Source: an uncultured Bacteroidales bacterium
Lineage (GTDB): Bacteria > Bacteroidota > Bacteroidia > Bacteroidales > Muribaculaceae
NCBI GenBank assembly: GCA_902772965.1
Contig: CACYCT010000081.1
Span: 3,076-67,075 of the forward strand
DNA length: 64,000 bases
Direction: 5' to 3'
This document shows, one piece after another, positions 7,836 to 17,754 of the stretch. Below the pieces are notes generated by a model. That model was not told where the DNA came from. It worked only from the letters and a program-made list of their open reading frames with translations, and did no database searches. The position numbers and the translations under genes were made by a program. Each line of letters opens with the position of its first letter. Within the stretch, counting starts at the first letter, position 1.

Positions 7836-10166
7836 GGTTTCAACGGCGGTGAGGTCGTCGATGTCGTCAAGTGAGGCTGTTTGGGTTTCGTCGCCGTAGT
7901 GTACGTATTGGAGTTGGTCAAAGTAGATGTCGCCTTCCCATCCCATCTGGTCGTAGTCGAAGTCCTCATATTCCGAGACGTATCCGCGCCAGATCCAGAA
8001 GGCGTCGTATTTCCAGATGGATTCCACTAAGGTGACTGATCCGGAAACGGGGATGCATTCTTCATTGTTGACGTCCCAGGCGACTACTTCCCATCCGCGG
8101 TGGACGGGTTGCTTGGCGAATCGCTTCACGCCGTCGACTTGAGCGCGGATGCCGTGGCCGACATACATGTTGTCGATACCGTCGCCGTAGACGTATGCCT
8201 GAAGCACGGCGCCTTTCGAGTCAGTTAGATAGGGTCCGTTCTGGTCGGTTTTGCGGCAGTAGTTGCGCAATCCCCAGTAAGCGTCGGCGGTTTCGGGGTC
8301 AAACACGTAGTGGATGTGGTAACTTGAGGGTTGTGCCGGGTCGTGGACGAAGGTGGATTTCTCCATCAACTGGTCTTCCATAGTCGTGAAGCCTTTCGAT
8401 GATCCTGAGCCGCCGGGCGTGAACCATTCGGAGGAGTTGTATTCGCCGATGATGGGTTTGGCGCTTACCACGGTGCGGTATTCGGAGAGGAACTTGAAGG
8501 TTTTGGGTTCGGAAACGTTGCCGGCGAGGTCGGCGAATCCGCCTTTAACCTTGACTCTGAAGCACATGTCGCGTGGGAGGTCGGCGTTGAGGTAGTAGTG
8601 CAGCACGGACGCGTCGCGGACCACTGTGTGTGTCAGGCGGCCATCGTAGCGTTTTCCGTCTTTGTCTTCCAAGATGATGGCGTCAACGGCCTCGTCTTCG
8701 TTCCAGGCGAGTTCTTCGTTGTACTCAATGCGGATGATGGGCCGTTGTGTGTACATTTCGGTGGTGTTCTCAACGGGGGTTGTGCTTGTGATGTAGGGTG
8801 GTTCCACGTCGGCGGGGATGGTGGTGAAGGAGAACTGGTAGTTTCCGCCTTCCGTTCCGTCGTTGTCGCCGTCAAGGAATTGGTTGGTTTGGCTGTTCTT
8901 GGCGATGGAGCCGTCGATGGTGATGGTGTAGTCCATGTCTTCGAGCAGGTTTGCCACGTTGATTCGCAGGGTGTAGTCGTTGTCCCACGAGAGGGAAACT
9001 TTTCCGGCGTTGTTGATCGAGAATGCGTTTTCGACCGAGGTCTTGTCCATGTTGCGCGAGAAGACGATGATGATGTCGTTGCGCGTGTTCACTGCGTCGG
9101 GGTTGGTGACGTTGATCGATGACACGACGGCGGGAGCGTTACTTGTCAAGGCGATGTTGGCCCAAGTGACGTTGTCGCCCGAGAGGCCTTGCGGGTCGGT
9201 CTTCATCGTGATGGTTTGCGTTGCGGAGCCGAATCCCGGGCAGGAGTAGGTTACTTCGTATTGTTGTCCGGGCACGAGGTCTTCAAAGAGGAAGAAACCG
9301 TTGTGAACGAGGTCTTTCGCGCGCACGTATTTGCTGAACAGCGACTCGTATGTGTCGGTTACGATGGTGCGTCCGTTAACGGTGATGGAAGCGCCGTTGA
9401 GGGCTTGTCCGTTCTCGCTGTTGGTGACCACGCCTGCGAGCATCACCTTGTCGGGGCGTTCCAGACCGAGGTATTCCATTATGGAGCGGAACGTTCCGAA
9501 GGCCTCAAGGCGTTTGTAACTCTCGTTCATGTTGAGTGCCTGTTGCACGGGGTGGGTGTGGAATCCGCCCTCGGAGAGCAGCGAGGCCATGTTGGTGCGG
9601 CGGTTGACCGAGAGATAGGGGTAATGGTTGTCGTGGTTGTACACGTCGCCGTTGTAGAACACGCGGTCGTAGTAATTGCCGCGGGTTCCGGTGTTGTACA
9701 TCACGCCGGTGAGGTTGGGGCAGAGGATGTCGCCATAGCGTTTACCGCCGTTTGGCGTTTTCTCCACGTATTGTCCGTTGGCTTTCCAGCCGCCGAAGAG
9801 TGTGACGGTGGTGTTGGCGCCGTTGCCGGCGTCGGAGTGGATGGAGTAGAAGAAGTCGGCGCCCCAGGCGTTGGCCATGTCGGAGCGTTCTTCGAGCGAG
9901 ACGTTGTCGGTGTCGTCGTCACGCGTCATTTGAATGTTGGCTTCGGTTGCTGTGGTGAAGTCGAAGAGAAACTGGCGTGTGGCAAGTCCGACGCGGAGCA
10001 CCTTCTCGGCCTCGGTGTAGCCGTACATACCTGTGTTCTCGCGCATAGAGTGACCCGGGTCAATCCAGAGCTTGAAGTCACCCCATTCTTGCTTTTGCTG
10101 GGCCACTGCGCTCAGGGAAAGGGAGCATACGGCGGCCGCGATGATAAGTTTGCTGAGATTTTTCAT
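7716..10166 (-). CDS. Secreted N-acetylmuramoyl-L-alanine amidase-like multidomain protein with a T9SS C-terminal sorting domain
   Basis: Signal peptide MKNLSKLIIAAAVCSLSLSAVAQQ. N-terminal Amidase_3-like motifs (WIDPGHS...GYTEAEKVL...FYSIHSDAG). Central Ig-like/beta-sandwich region. Ends with a typical T9SS tail, DNTIYDLLGRKM...GIYIQNGRKFIVK. Confidence 0.85.
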   Translation of the reverse strand: MKNLSKLIIAAAVCSLSLSAVAQQKQEWGDFKLWIDPGHSMRENTGMYGYTEAEKVLRVGLATRQFLFDFTTATEANIQMTRDDDTDNVSLEERSDMANAWGADFFYSIHSDAGNGANTTVTLFGGWKANGQYVEKTPNGGKRYGDILCPNLTGVMYNTGTRGNYYDRVFYNGDVYNHDNHYPYLSVNRRTNMASLLSEGGFHTHPVQQALNMNESYKRLEAFGTFRSIMEYLGLERPDKVMLAGVVTNSENGQALNGASITVNGRTIVTDTYESLFSKYVRAKDLVHNGFFLFEDLVPGQQYEVTYSCPGFGSATQTITMKTDPQGLSGDNVTWANIALTSNAPAVVSSINVTNPDAVNTRNDIIIVFSRNMDKTSVENAFSINNAGKVSLSWDNDYTLRINVANLLEDMDYTITIDGSIAKNSQTNQFLDGDNDGTEGGNYQFSFTTIPADVEPPYITSTTPVENTTEMYTQRPIIRIEYNEELAWNEDEAVDAIILEDKDGKRYDGRLTHTVVRDASVLHYYLNADLPRDMCFRVKVKGGFADLAGNVSEPKTFKFLSEYRTVVSAKPIIGEYNSSEWFTPGGSGSSKGFTTMEDQLMEKSTFVHDPAQPSSYHIHYVFDPETADAYWGLRNYCRKTDQNGPYLTDSKGAVLQAYVYGDGIDNMYVGHGIRAQVDGVKRFAKQPVHRGWEVVAWDVNNEECIPVSGSVTLVESIWKYDAFWIWRGYVSEYEDFDYDQMGWEGDIYFDQLQYVHYGDETQTASLDDIDDLTAVETVKTATTGDNTIYDLLGRKMTTDKLPAGIYIQNGRKFIVK

Positions 10167-10178
10167 GACTGCTCGGTT

Positions 10179-11030
10179 TTATTTTAGGTCAATAACATAG
10201 ATACATCCGTCGACGTCGTTGTCGAAGGCGAGTTTACTTCCGTCGGGTGAGACGGCGATGGTGATGGGAATCGCGTCGGTTGAGGGGGTGATGCAGGTGG
10301 CCTCGCCGGAGGCGATGTTCAGGCAGAAGATGTCGCTCCGGGTGAACACGTCGCCGTTGTCCTCAATGCGGGTGATCATCAGGTTCTGTCCGTCGGGCAT
10401 CCATGTGGGGTGGGAGCCGCGACCGAGTGATTTCAGGCCTGTTCCGTCGGTATTGCACACAAACAGTCCTTTACCGACGATTTGGAACGCGATTCGGCTT
10501 CCGTCGGGCGAGAGGGCGGGGTTGAGCACCATCCGGCCGGCGTACTCGTTCAGGCCGGCGATGAGCGTTGTCGCTTTGTCCGGCTGGTCAAGCATGGTGT
10601 TCAGTGTGTTTGAACTGCGAGAGAGCACGCGCGAAGGTTTGTGGTCGCGCACTTCCGGCTCAACCGACTGTACTTTTCCCGTGCGGGCGTCGATGCGCTC
10701 AACGCGGGTCATGCGGCGGTTATGCAGCATGGAGTAAGGGGTGGAGATGAGTTGTCTGCTGCCCGACCAACTCATACGGAATCCCGCGCCGGTGGCGTCA
10801 GACACTTTCTTCAACTCGGAACCGTCGGCATTTGCCACGTAGATTCCCACGAAGTTGTCGCCCGTGACGGCAATCATCTGTCCGTCGGGCGACCACACAG
10901 GAGCCATCAGGCCCGTGTCGGTGGCCTTGATCAGCAAGCGGGGCTGACTGAACGAACTTGGCTGCGCAATCGCGCTTCCACACGTCAGCAGCAGCGCTGC
11001 GGCAAGTAGTAGTTTACTTTTCATGCTCAT
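10179..11030 (-). CDS. TolB-like beta-propeller (PD40 repeat) periplasmic protein
   Basis: Signal peptide, plus repeated SPDGxxIA/LAF motifs (SPDGQMIAV, SPDGSRIAF, SPDGSKLAF) typical of WD40-like PD40 repeats. Confidence 0.7.
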   Translation of the reverse strand: MSMKSKLLLAAALLLTCGSAIAQPSSFSQPRLLIKATDTGLMAPVWSPDGQMIAVTGDNFVGIYVANADGSELKKVSDATGAGFRMSWSGSRQLISTPYSMLHNRRMTRVERIDARTGKVQSVEPEVRDHKPSRVLSRSSNTLNTMLDQPDKATTLIAGLNEYAGRMVLNPALSPDGSRIAFQIVGKGLFVCNTDGTGLKSLGRGSHPTWMPDGQNLMITRIEDNGDVFTRSDIFCLNIASGEATCITPSTDAIPITIAVSPDGSKLAFDNDVDGCIYVIDLK

Positions 11031-11196
11031 GTAGAATTAATGAATAATAGAGGTTAATATTTGAATTATGGTTTACAATCTAAAATTTTCGTAAAATAAC
11101 AAATATTTTTCCGTTCATGCAAGTGATTTTGCATTTTTTAAAACAAGTTTTGTTTTTGCCGCCGAATCGGGTAGAGGCGATGTCGGGAAAAAGTTG

Positions 11197-11204
11197 TAAT
11201 TTTG
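11197..11204 (+). promoter_or_regulatory. -7 box TAATTTTG upstream of the HU gene
   Basis: Matches TAnnTTTG, 27 nt upstream of the ATG at 11231. Confidence 0.4.
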
Positions 11205-11230
11205 TGGCGACAATAATTTCACTCAGCATA

Positions 11231-11506
11231 ATGGATAACAAGAAACTGACCGAACACCTCAGTCGCCGGCTGAAGCGTAGCCGCACGGATATAAACAAAC
11301 TGATGGAAGCCTTCACCGGTGTCGTGGCCACCCGCTGCGGCGAGATGGACTCGATAGCGATTCCGAGTTTCGGCACTTTTGAGCCGCGCAAGCGCAACGA
11401 GCGTGTGATGACCAACCCCGCCACGGGGAAACGCATGCTTGTTCCGCCTAAAATCACCCTCTCTTTCAAGGTGAGTAACGTGCTGAAAAACAAGTTTAAG
11501 TCCTAA
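11231..11506 (+). CDS. hup: HU-family DNA-binding protein
   Basis: 91 aa: MDNKKLTEHLSRRL...IPSFGTFEPRKRNERVMTNPATGKRMLVPPKITLSFK, the classic HU/IHF arm motif. Start moved to the internal ATG at 11231, since the upstream extension in the track is non-homologous. Confidence 0.9.
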   Translation: MDNKKLTEHLSRRLKRSRTDINKLMEAFTGVVATRCGEMDSIAIPSFGTFEPRKRNERVMTNPATGKRMLVPPKITLSFKVSNVLKNKFKS

Positions 11507-11604
11507 CCGCCGTTTGCCCCCACAAGCGGGGAGTAGAAGCTTTTCGCGCATTCGAACCATCGCGCTTTCGAATAATCGAACACTCGAAAAATCAAAAAAT
11601 CACC

Positions 11605-12774
11605 CTAATACGTCAATCCGAACGCCCATAGGGGGACTATGTTGCCGGAACCATACTCGATGTCGTCTTTCACGAGGTAACTGTCGGTTTCTCCCGCGAT
11701 TTGTTTCTGCCCTTTTTTCTTTCCTCCCACCTCAAAGGTGATACCATTGATTTCGAAATCACTGTGGCGCGAACTGATGACATCGGTGGTGACGCGCATT
11801 TGGTTGTAGAAAAATGTTTCGCGGATGTTTCCTATTTCCGTAGCCTCCGCTCCAAGTATATAAGCCAAAACGGGGTTGTCAAGATATACTTTCTCCACTT
11901 TTCCCACTCCACGAATGCCACCGGTGTCATCTCGCAACTGACCGATCATTCCCGCCTGCTCCATATAGAGAAAATAGTCGGGCAAGACATTGCGGCTCAC
12001 ACCAACCACGGTCGCCAACGAGTCCATTACAGGCTTGAACGGCACACTGCGGGCAATCACCGCCAAGAGCTTTTTCAGTTTTCGGCCAGTCGATGCGTTC
12101 ATACCGGCATAAAGCGGAATGTCCGCTTCCATCGTCTGATTTATGATTTGCCGCAGACGCAACTCAAAATCGCTCTCACCGGAAAAAGGATAATACCCGC
12201 GTTTGAGATAGTCGCGGAATAGCGGAAGCGGGTGGTCAACCGGAATTGTTGCCCGATGCTCGAGGATATCACCAAGCGTATAAAGCGGTGTTTCTATTTG
12301 GTGAAACATCATCAGATATTCTCTGAACGAAAGTCCCTGCATCATAAACACCGGCGCACGGCGGCTGAGGTCTGCCTGACCTTTATATATGTCAAGAACC
12401 GACGAACCGGTGAAAACCACCTTCACATCGGGGTGGGTGTCGTAAATCTGCTTCAATTCGCGCGACCAGTTCTCATACTTATGAATCTCATCGATAAATA
12501 TATGACTGCCGCCTTCTTTGGCATAATCATCGACCAATTCTATCAACGTATGCGAGGAAAAATAGATGTGATCGGCTGAAACGTAAAACATCCGTTCGGC
12601 TTCACGATGCTCTTTGATGTATTGGAGTATCATGGTTGACTTGCCGACGCCACGCGGCCCGACGAGACCAATCATTCGCGAGTGCCAACTGATTTTGTCG
12701 TACATATAACGGTGGAAGGTCGACACGGTTTGTCGCAGTTGCCCATCCATATAAGATGTAAGTGTGAAGTCCAT
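11605..12774 (-). CDS. AAA+ ATPase of the AAA_14/DUF4143 type
   Basis: Walker A GPRGVGKST and Walker B HIFIDEIH. Overall pattern matches the widespread Bacteroidales ATP-binding proteins with a DUF4143 C-terminal part. Start set at MDFTLTSYMDG (12774), downstream of the predicted -7 box. Confidence 0.8.
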   Translation of the reverse strand: MDFTLTSYMDGQLRQTVSTFHRYMYDKISWHSRMIGLVGPRGVGKSTMILQYIKEHREAERMFYVSADHIYFSSHTLIELVDDYAKEGGSHIFIDEIHKYENWSRELKQIYDTHPDVKVVFTGSSVLDIYKGQADLSRRAPVFMMQGLSFREYLMMFHQIETPLYTLGDILEHRATIPVDHPLPLFRDYLKRGYYPFSGESDFELRLRQIINQTMEADIPLYAGMNASTGRKLKKLLAVIARSVPFKPVMDSLATVVGVSRNVLPDYFLYMEQAGMIGQLRDDTGGIRGVGKVEKVYLDNPVLAYILGAEATEIGNIRETFFYNQMRVTTDVISSRHSDFEINGITFEVGGKKKGQKQIAGETDSYLVKDDIEYGSGNIVPLWAFGLTY

Positions 12775-12800
12775 AACTTTTGTGTTTTGCTTTGTGGGTG

Positions 12801-12865
12801 CAAAGATACACATTTTGCACTATAATAGTGCAAAAATCGGCAAAAATTGCACTATTATAGTGCAA
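12801..12865 (-). promoter_or_regulatory. Promoter (-7 TATCTTTG, -33 TTTG) overlapped by two perfect 19-bp palindromes (putative operators)
   Basis: On the minus strand, TATCTTTG lies at 12808-12801. Palindrome 1 is TTGCACTATAATAGTGCAA (12815-12833) and fills the -33/-7 spacer. Palindrome 2 is TTGCACTATTATAGTGCAA (12847-12865). Centres are 32 bp apart. Confidence 0.55.
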
Positions 12866-12877
12866 TTTCCCAAAGTC

Positions 12878-12912
12878 AATCGCCTCGATTCCGGGTGGGG
12901 AAGCGAGGCGAT
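12878..12912 (-). terminator. Putative terminator hairpin after the PPIase gene
   Basis: Perfect 10-bp stem AATCGCCTCG (12878-12887) / CGAGGCGATT (12903-12912), 30 nt after the stop at 12942. The T tract on the minus strand is weak. Confidence 0.45.
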
Positions 12913-12941
12913 TGTGGTGGAATATTCAGGAAGTGAGGCGG

Positions 12942-14900
12942 TTACTTGTTGCGTTTCACATTCTTGAGTACTTTCTTGTCGATGGTGACGGGGTATTTCT
13001 TTTCGAGGCTTTCCACCCAACGGCGCTCGAGCACGTCCTGGTAGTCGGAGGTGACTTGTCCGCGTACGTCGGCAAGTTCCTCGGGTTGGGGAATCAGTCC
13101 ACCCTCAAGTATCATCCCCACGGGATAGTTTCCTTGGGGCGCGGGGGCATTGAAGAGGAGGTGGTCAACCATCGGGTTCTCGCCTTTTGCCATGAGCATG
13201 CGTTCCATCTTGATTTCGGAGGTGTGTTTTTTGTGCAGTCGTGATGTGATGGTGTCGAGTGGCAGGGCTTCGGCGCGGAGTTGGGCGAGTTCGGTGTTGA
13301 CGATGTTCATCACGCTGTCGGATTTTGCGCTGAGGATGATGCCTTTGAATCGGGGAGCGTCCCAGGTATATTTGGAACGGTTGGCTTCGAAGTAGGTTTC
13401 AAGTCCGGTGGTGTCGGTCGAGGCGCCCTCCCAGACTTTACGGTTGCTGATTTCGAACAGGAGCATGCCGTCGCGGTACTCGTTGAGCAGGTTGCGGAAG
13501 TCCTTGTTGTCGCGGAAGAGGTTGTCTTTGTAGTAGTCCATGATTCTGGTGTCGGCATAGGGGTCTACTACCGATTCGATATAACCCACAGCCGATTCGT
13601 TGTTGAGTTTGGCTTTGGGGTTGATTCTCTTGGCGATTTCTTTGAGGGTGATGGTTTGTTTTTTGTCGAAGGTTGCGATGGGGAAGTCGCTTTTTGCAAC
13701 GACATCGGCCACGAATGCGGAATCGTATTGTCCGTGTTTGGCCAGTTCTTTGCTCAGGTATTCGCGAAGGGCTTGGGTGTTGGGTGTGTAGTTATAGAAC
13801 TCTTTGACTTGTTTGACTCGTTCGGTACGCGGCATTTGCGAGCGTTTATCGCTTCTGATTTTGGCTTCGATGGATTTTTTTGCGGTTTCGAAGTCGGGTG
13901 CCGAGCGCTCGTCAACTTTCTTGATGATGTGGTAACCGAAAGCGGTTTCGAAAGGTTCTGAGATTTCTCCTACGGGCAGGCTGAAGGCTACCTTTTCGAA
14001 GGGTTTCACCATTCGTCCGGCTCCGAACCAGTTGAGGTCGCCGCCGTTTCGTGCCGAGCCTGGGTCTTGGGATTCGCTTTTGGCGAGTTCGGCGAAGTCT
14101 TTTCCGTTTTTGAGTTCGGCGTAAACTTTGTCGATACGTTCGCGTGCCACGGCTTTCATGCTGTCGGTGACTTCGCCGGGCGTGCGCGGGTTTTCTTTAA
14201 AGGTTTTCAGGATATGGAGCACGTGCACTTCTTTGGCGGGTTGCTCGCCGTTGACGCGAATCATGTGGATTCCGTAGTCGGTGCGGAAGGGTTTGCTCAC
14301 CTGTCCGACGGGTGTGTTCCACACTTCCTGCTCAAATTCGTAGGGGAACACTCCGGCGCGGATAAATCCGTAGTGACCGCTGTTTTGGCGCACGGATTGG
14401 TCGATGGAGTATTTGATTGCGATGCTGTCCCAACTTTCTCCGACGAGGATGCGGTTGCGAAGGCTGTCGACGAATTGCATTTGTTTTTGGTTGTCTTGAT
14501 AGTCGGTGCCGATATTCCACATGAAGTGGTCGATGTCGACATCGCGTTTCATGCGGTCGTATGCTTCGGCAACGAGGCGCGCTTTAACGGTGGTGTCCTC
14601 AAGGAAGGGTTTGATGATGTCGTCGCGATAGGTTTCGAGTTCGTTCTGGAATGATTTCAGCGTGTCGATTCCGGCGGCTTCGGCATCGGCCACTTTGCGC
14701 TTGTAGGTGATGAAACGCTCAACGTACTGGTCAAGTGTTTCGGGCTCGACCTGTTGCTGACGGTTTTTGTTGTACAGATACTCAAACTCGGAGAGTTTGA
14801 TTTCTTTTCCGTTAATCTTCATCAATACGGGGTCTTTGGCGGCGATGGCGGCCAAGACGGTTCCCAAAAGGAGAGAAGCGATTAAGAGTTTGCTTTTCAT
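12942..14900 (-). CDS. Periplasmic peptidyl-prolyl cis-trans isomerase (parvulin/SurA-PpiD-like)
   Basis: Signal peptide. Two parvulin-type segments (e.g. [39 protein letters not shown] and [17 protein letters not shown]...[13 protein letters not shown]). Confidence 0.85.
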   Translation of the reverse strand: MKSKLLIASLLLGTVLAAIAAKDPVLMKINGKEIKLSEFEYLYNKNRQQQVEPETLDQYVERFITYKRKVADAEAAGIDTLKSFQNELETYRDDIIKPFLEDTTVKARLVAEAYDRMKRDVDIDHFMWNIGTDYQDNQKQMQFVDSLRNRILVGESWDSIAIKYSIDQSVRQNSGHYGFIRAGVFPYEFEQEVWNTPVGQVSKPFRTDYGIHMIRVNGEQPAKEVHVLHILKTFKENPRTPGEVTDSMKAVARERIDKVYAELKNGKDFAELAKSESQDPGSARNGGDLNWFGAGRMVKPFEKVAFSLPVGEISEPFETAFGYHIIKKVDERSAPDFETAKKSIEAKIRSDKRSQMPRTERVKQVKEFYNYTPNTQALREYLSKELAKHGQYDSAFVADVVAKSDFPIATFDKKQTITLKEIAKRINPKAKLNNESAVGYIESVVDPYADTRIMDYYKDNLFRDNKDFRNLLNEYRDGMLLFEISNRKVWEGASTDTTGLETYFEANRSKYTWDAPRFKGIILSAKSDSVMNIVNTELAQLRAEALPLDTITSRLHKKHTSEIKMERMLMAKGENPMVDHLLFNAPAPQGNYPVGMILEGGLIPQPEELADVRGQVTSDYQDVLERRWVESLEKKYPVTIDKKVLKNVKRNK

Positions 14901-14990
14901 TATTGTAGAAAGTTACGTAAATTTCTGTGGTTAATCACATTTATTATTAACGTAGCAAGTTTCGATTTATTATTCCGGCGGCGCGTTTTT

Positions 14991-16463
14991 TTAGTTGCGG
15001 CTGTAGTTTGGCGCTTCGCTGGTGATGGTTACGTCGTGCGGGTGGCTTTCGGCGACACCGGCGTTGGTGATGCGCACGAATTGCGCCTTGTGGAGGTCAG
15101 CAATCGTGGCTGCTCCGCAGTAGCCCATGCCGGCGCGCAGTCCGCCAAGCATTTGGTATACGACTTCATAGAGGTTGCCTTTGTAGGGCACGCGCGCGGC
15201 GATGCCTTCGGGAACAAGTTTCTTTGCGTCGGTGACAGTGCCTTGGAAATAGCGGTCTTTGGAGCCTTTCTCCATGGCTTCGAGTGAGCCCATGCCGCGG
15301 TAGGTTTTGAATTTACGTCCGGAGAATATGATGGTTTCGCCGGGTGATTCCTCTACACCTGCGAACATTCCTCCGAGCATGACCGACCACGCGCCGGCTG
15401 CGAGCGCTTTGACGATGTCGCCTGAGTAGCGTATTCCGCCGTCGGCGATGAGGGGCACGTCGGTGTCGGCGAGTGCTTTGGCCACGTCGTAGACGGCCGA
15501 GAGTTGCGGCACACCGATGCCGGCGATGATGCGGGTGGTGCAGATGGATCCCGGTCCGATGCCCACTTTTACGGCGTCGGCGCCATTGTCGACGAGGAAG
15601 CGGGCGGCCTCACCGGTGGCGATGTTGCCGACAACGACATCGATTTGCGAGAACGATTGCTTGACTTGCCGGAGGGTTTCGGCCACGCCTTTCGAGTGCC
15701 CGTGGGCGGTGTCGATCACGATGGCGTCTACTCCGGCTTCGACGAGCGCCTCGGCGCGTTTGAGGCTGTCGCCTGTGACGCCGATTCCGGCGGCCACGCG
15801 GAGGCGTCCGAGGTGGTCTTTGCAGGCGTAGGGCTTGTCCTTGGCCTTGGTGATGTCTTTATAGGTGACCAGGCCGATGAGTTTCCCGTCGCGGTCCACA
15901 ACGGGGAGTTTCTCGATTTTGTGTGTCTGGAGGATTTTAGCGGCCTCTTCGAGGTTGGTCGACTGTGATGTGGTGATGAGGTGGTCGGCGGTCATCACCT
16001 CGTCGATGCGGCGGTTGAGGTCGCTTTCGAAACGCAGGTCGCGGTTGGTGACGATGCCAACGAGTATTCCTTCGGCGTCGACTACGGGAATGCCGCCGAT
16101 GTGGTACTCGCTCATCAGTGCGAGGGCGTCGCTCACACGCGAACCGCGCCGGATGCTCACGGGGTTGTAAATCATACCGTTTTCAGCGCGCTTTACGGCA
16201 TGCACCTGCCGCGCTTGCTCTTCAATCGACATGTTTTTGTGAATCACACCGATTCCTCCTTCGCGGGCGATGGCGATGGCGAGTTGTGATTCGGTGACGG
16301 TGTCCATCGCGGCCGAAATCAGCGGCACGTTGAGCGTGATGTTGCGCGAGAAGCGCGTGGCGAGGTTGACGTCTTTGGGCAACACCTCGGAGTAACCCGG
16401 AATCAGCAGTACGTCGTCAAAGGTGATTCCATCCATCTTGACGCGGTCGGCAATAAAAGACAT
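14991..16463 (-). CDS. guaB: IMP dehydrogenase
   Basis: 490 aa with [15 protein letters not shown], a CBS pair, [11 protein letters not shown] (catalytic Cys loop), and [17 protein letters not shown]. Confidence 0.97.
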   Translation of the reverse strand: MSFIADRVKMDGITFDDVLLIPGYSEVLPKDVNLATRFSRNITLNVPLISAAMDTVTESQLAIAIAREGGIGVIHKNMSIEEQARQVHAVKRAENGMIYNPVSIRRGSRVSDALALMSEYHIGGIPVVDAEGILVGIVTNRDLRFESDLNRRIDEVMTADHLITTSQSTNLEEAAKILQTHKIEKLPVVDRDGKLIGLVTYKDITKAKDKPYACKDHLGRLRVAAGIGVTGDSLKRAEALVEAGVDAIVIDTAHGHSKGVAETLRQVKQSFSQIDVVVGNIATGEAARFLVDNGADAVKVGIGPGSICTTRIIAGIGVPQLSAVYDVAKALADTDVPLIADGGIRYSGDIVKALAAGAWSVMLGGMFAGVEESPGETIIFSGRKFKTYRGMGSLEAMEKGSKDRYFQGTVTDAKKLVPEGIAARVPYKGNLYEVVYQMLGGLRAGMGYCGAATIADLHKAQFVRITNAGVAESHPHDVTITSEAPNYSRN

Positions 16464-16484
16464 AGGCTAAAATTTTATTGCCTG

Positions 16485-16515
16485 CAAAGGTACGCATTTT
16501 CTTGCAGGCAGCAAA
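16485..16515 (-). promoter_or_regulatory. Canonical Bacteroidota promoter for guaB (-33 TTTG, 19-nt spacer, -7 TACCTTTG)
   Basis: The minus strand reads TTTTG-ctgcctgcaagaaaatgcg-TACCTTTG. The -7 box ends 21 nt upstream of the ATG at 16463. Confidence 0.6.
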
Positions 16516-16606
16516 ATCACATCACGTATTTTATTTGAAAAATTCACCGGCCATTTCCCAAACCGGGGATTTTGATTACTTTTGTGTCTGGAAATTCACC
16601 ATCGGT

Positions 16607-17740
16607 ATGCAAACACCCTATTATATAGTCTACGAAACGCGCCTTCGGGCCAACCTCGACTTGATAACCTCGATCGCGCGCCGCGCGGGCGTGGAGTTTA
16701 TCATGGCTTTCAAGGCCAATGCGCTGTGGCGCACGTTCCCGATTTTCAGGCAGTACGGCATTCACTCCACCGCCAGTTCCATCAACGAAATGCTCCTTGC
16801 CAACGAGGAACTCCACTGTCTGGCCCACACCTACTGTCCGGCTTATACCGAAGCCACCATCGACCGCTTCATTGCAGGAAGCAGTCACATAACGTTCAAC
16901 TCCGTGGAGCAATACCTCCGCTTCCGTGGGCGAATCGAGGCGCATAACGCTACCGGTGACCACCGGGTGAGTTGTGGGCTGAGAATCAACCCGATGTGCT
17001 CCGTGATTGAAACCGACATCTACAATCCCTGCAGCCCGGGGTCGCGCTTCGGTATCACCGCCGAACGCCTGCCTGAACTCCCCGACGGCATCGAGGGGCT
17101 GCATTTTCACGCCTTGTGCGAGTCCACGTCGTTCGATCTTGAGCAGGTGCTCAACGCTGTCGAGAGACAGTTCGGCCACTTGTTGCCGGCGGTGAAGTGG
17201 ATCAATATGGGTGGCGGACACCTTGTTACCCGGGCCGGATACGACACGGAACACCTCATTGGCCTGCTCACCGACTTCCGCTCGCGTCACCCCAATCTGC
17301 GGGTGATTCTGGAACCCGGCAGCGCGTTCTGCTGGCAGACGGGTGACCTCGAGGCTACCGTGGTTGACGTGGTGGAAAACAGCGGGATACGCACGGCGAT
17401 TGTCGATGTGTCGTTCGCCTGCCACATGCCCGACTGCCTTGAGATGCCCTACAAGCCGCGAATCAGCCAGGCCCTGCCCGAAGTTGACCCATCGCGACCC
17501 ACTTACCGTATCGGCGGCAACTCCTGCCTGAGCGGCGACTACGTGGGCGACTGGAGTTTCGCCGAGCCGCTTCGCGCCGGTGATCGCCTCACTTTTGAGG
17601 ATATGAACCACTACACGACCGTGAAGACCAACATGTTCAACGGCATTGACCATCCCGCCATCGTGCTTGAGCGTGCTGACGGAACCCGTCAAATCCTGCG
17701 CGAGTTCAGTTACGAAGACTATAAAAGCCGGATGAGTTAA
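16607..17740 (+). CDS. nspC: Carboxynorspermidine/carboxyspermidine decarboxylase
   Basis: 377 aa starting MQTPYYIVYETRLRANLDLI. Fold-III PLP decarboxylase-like pattern typical of NspC (FKANALW..., GGGH, EPGSAF, IGGNSCLSGD). The upstream TTG-start extension in the track is rejected. Confidence 0.9.
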   Translation: MQTPYYIVYETRLRANLDLITSIARRAGVEFIMAFKANALWRTFPIFRQYGIHSTASSINEMLLANEELHCLAHTYCPAYTEATIDRFIAGSSHITFNSVEQYLRFRGRIEAHNATGDHRVSCGLRINPMCSVIETDIYNPCSPGSRFGITAERLPELPDGIEGLHFHALCESTSFDLEQVLNAVERQFGHLLPAVKWINMGGGHLVTRAGYDTEHLIGLLTDFRSRHPNLRVILEPGSAFCWQTGDLEATVVDVVENSGIRTAIVDVSFACHMPDCLEMPYKPRISQALPEVDPSRPTYRIGGNSCLSGDYVGDWSFAEPLRAGDRLTFEDMNHYTTVKTNMFNGIDHPAIVLERADGTRQILREFSYEDYKSRMS

Positions 17741-17754
17741 AACATGATTCGCAG

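Noticed and set aside
11507-11604. Short hairpins and TCGAA repeats in the convergent gap between the HU gene and the ATPase gene, as possible terminators.
   Set aside because: Stems are only 4-5 bp with no convincing T tracts, so they are not supportable as terminators.
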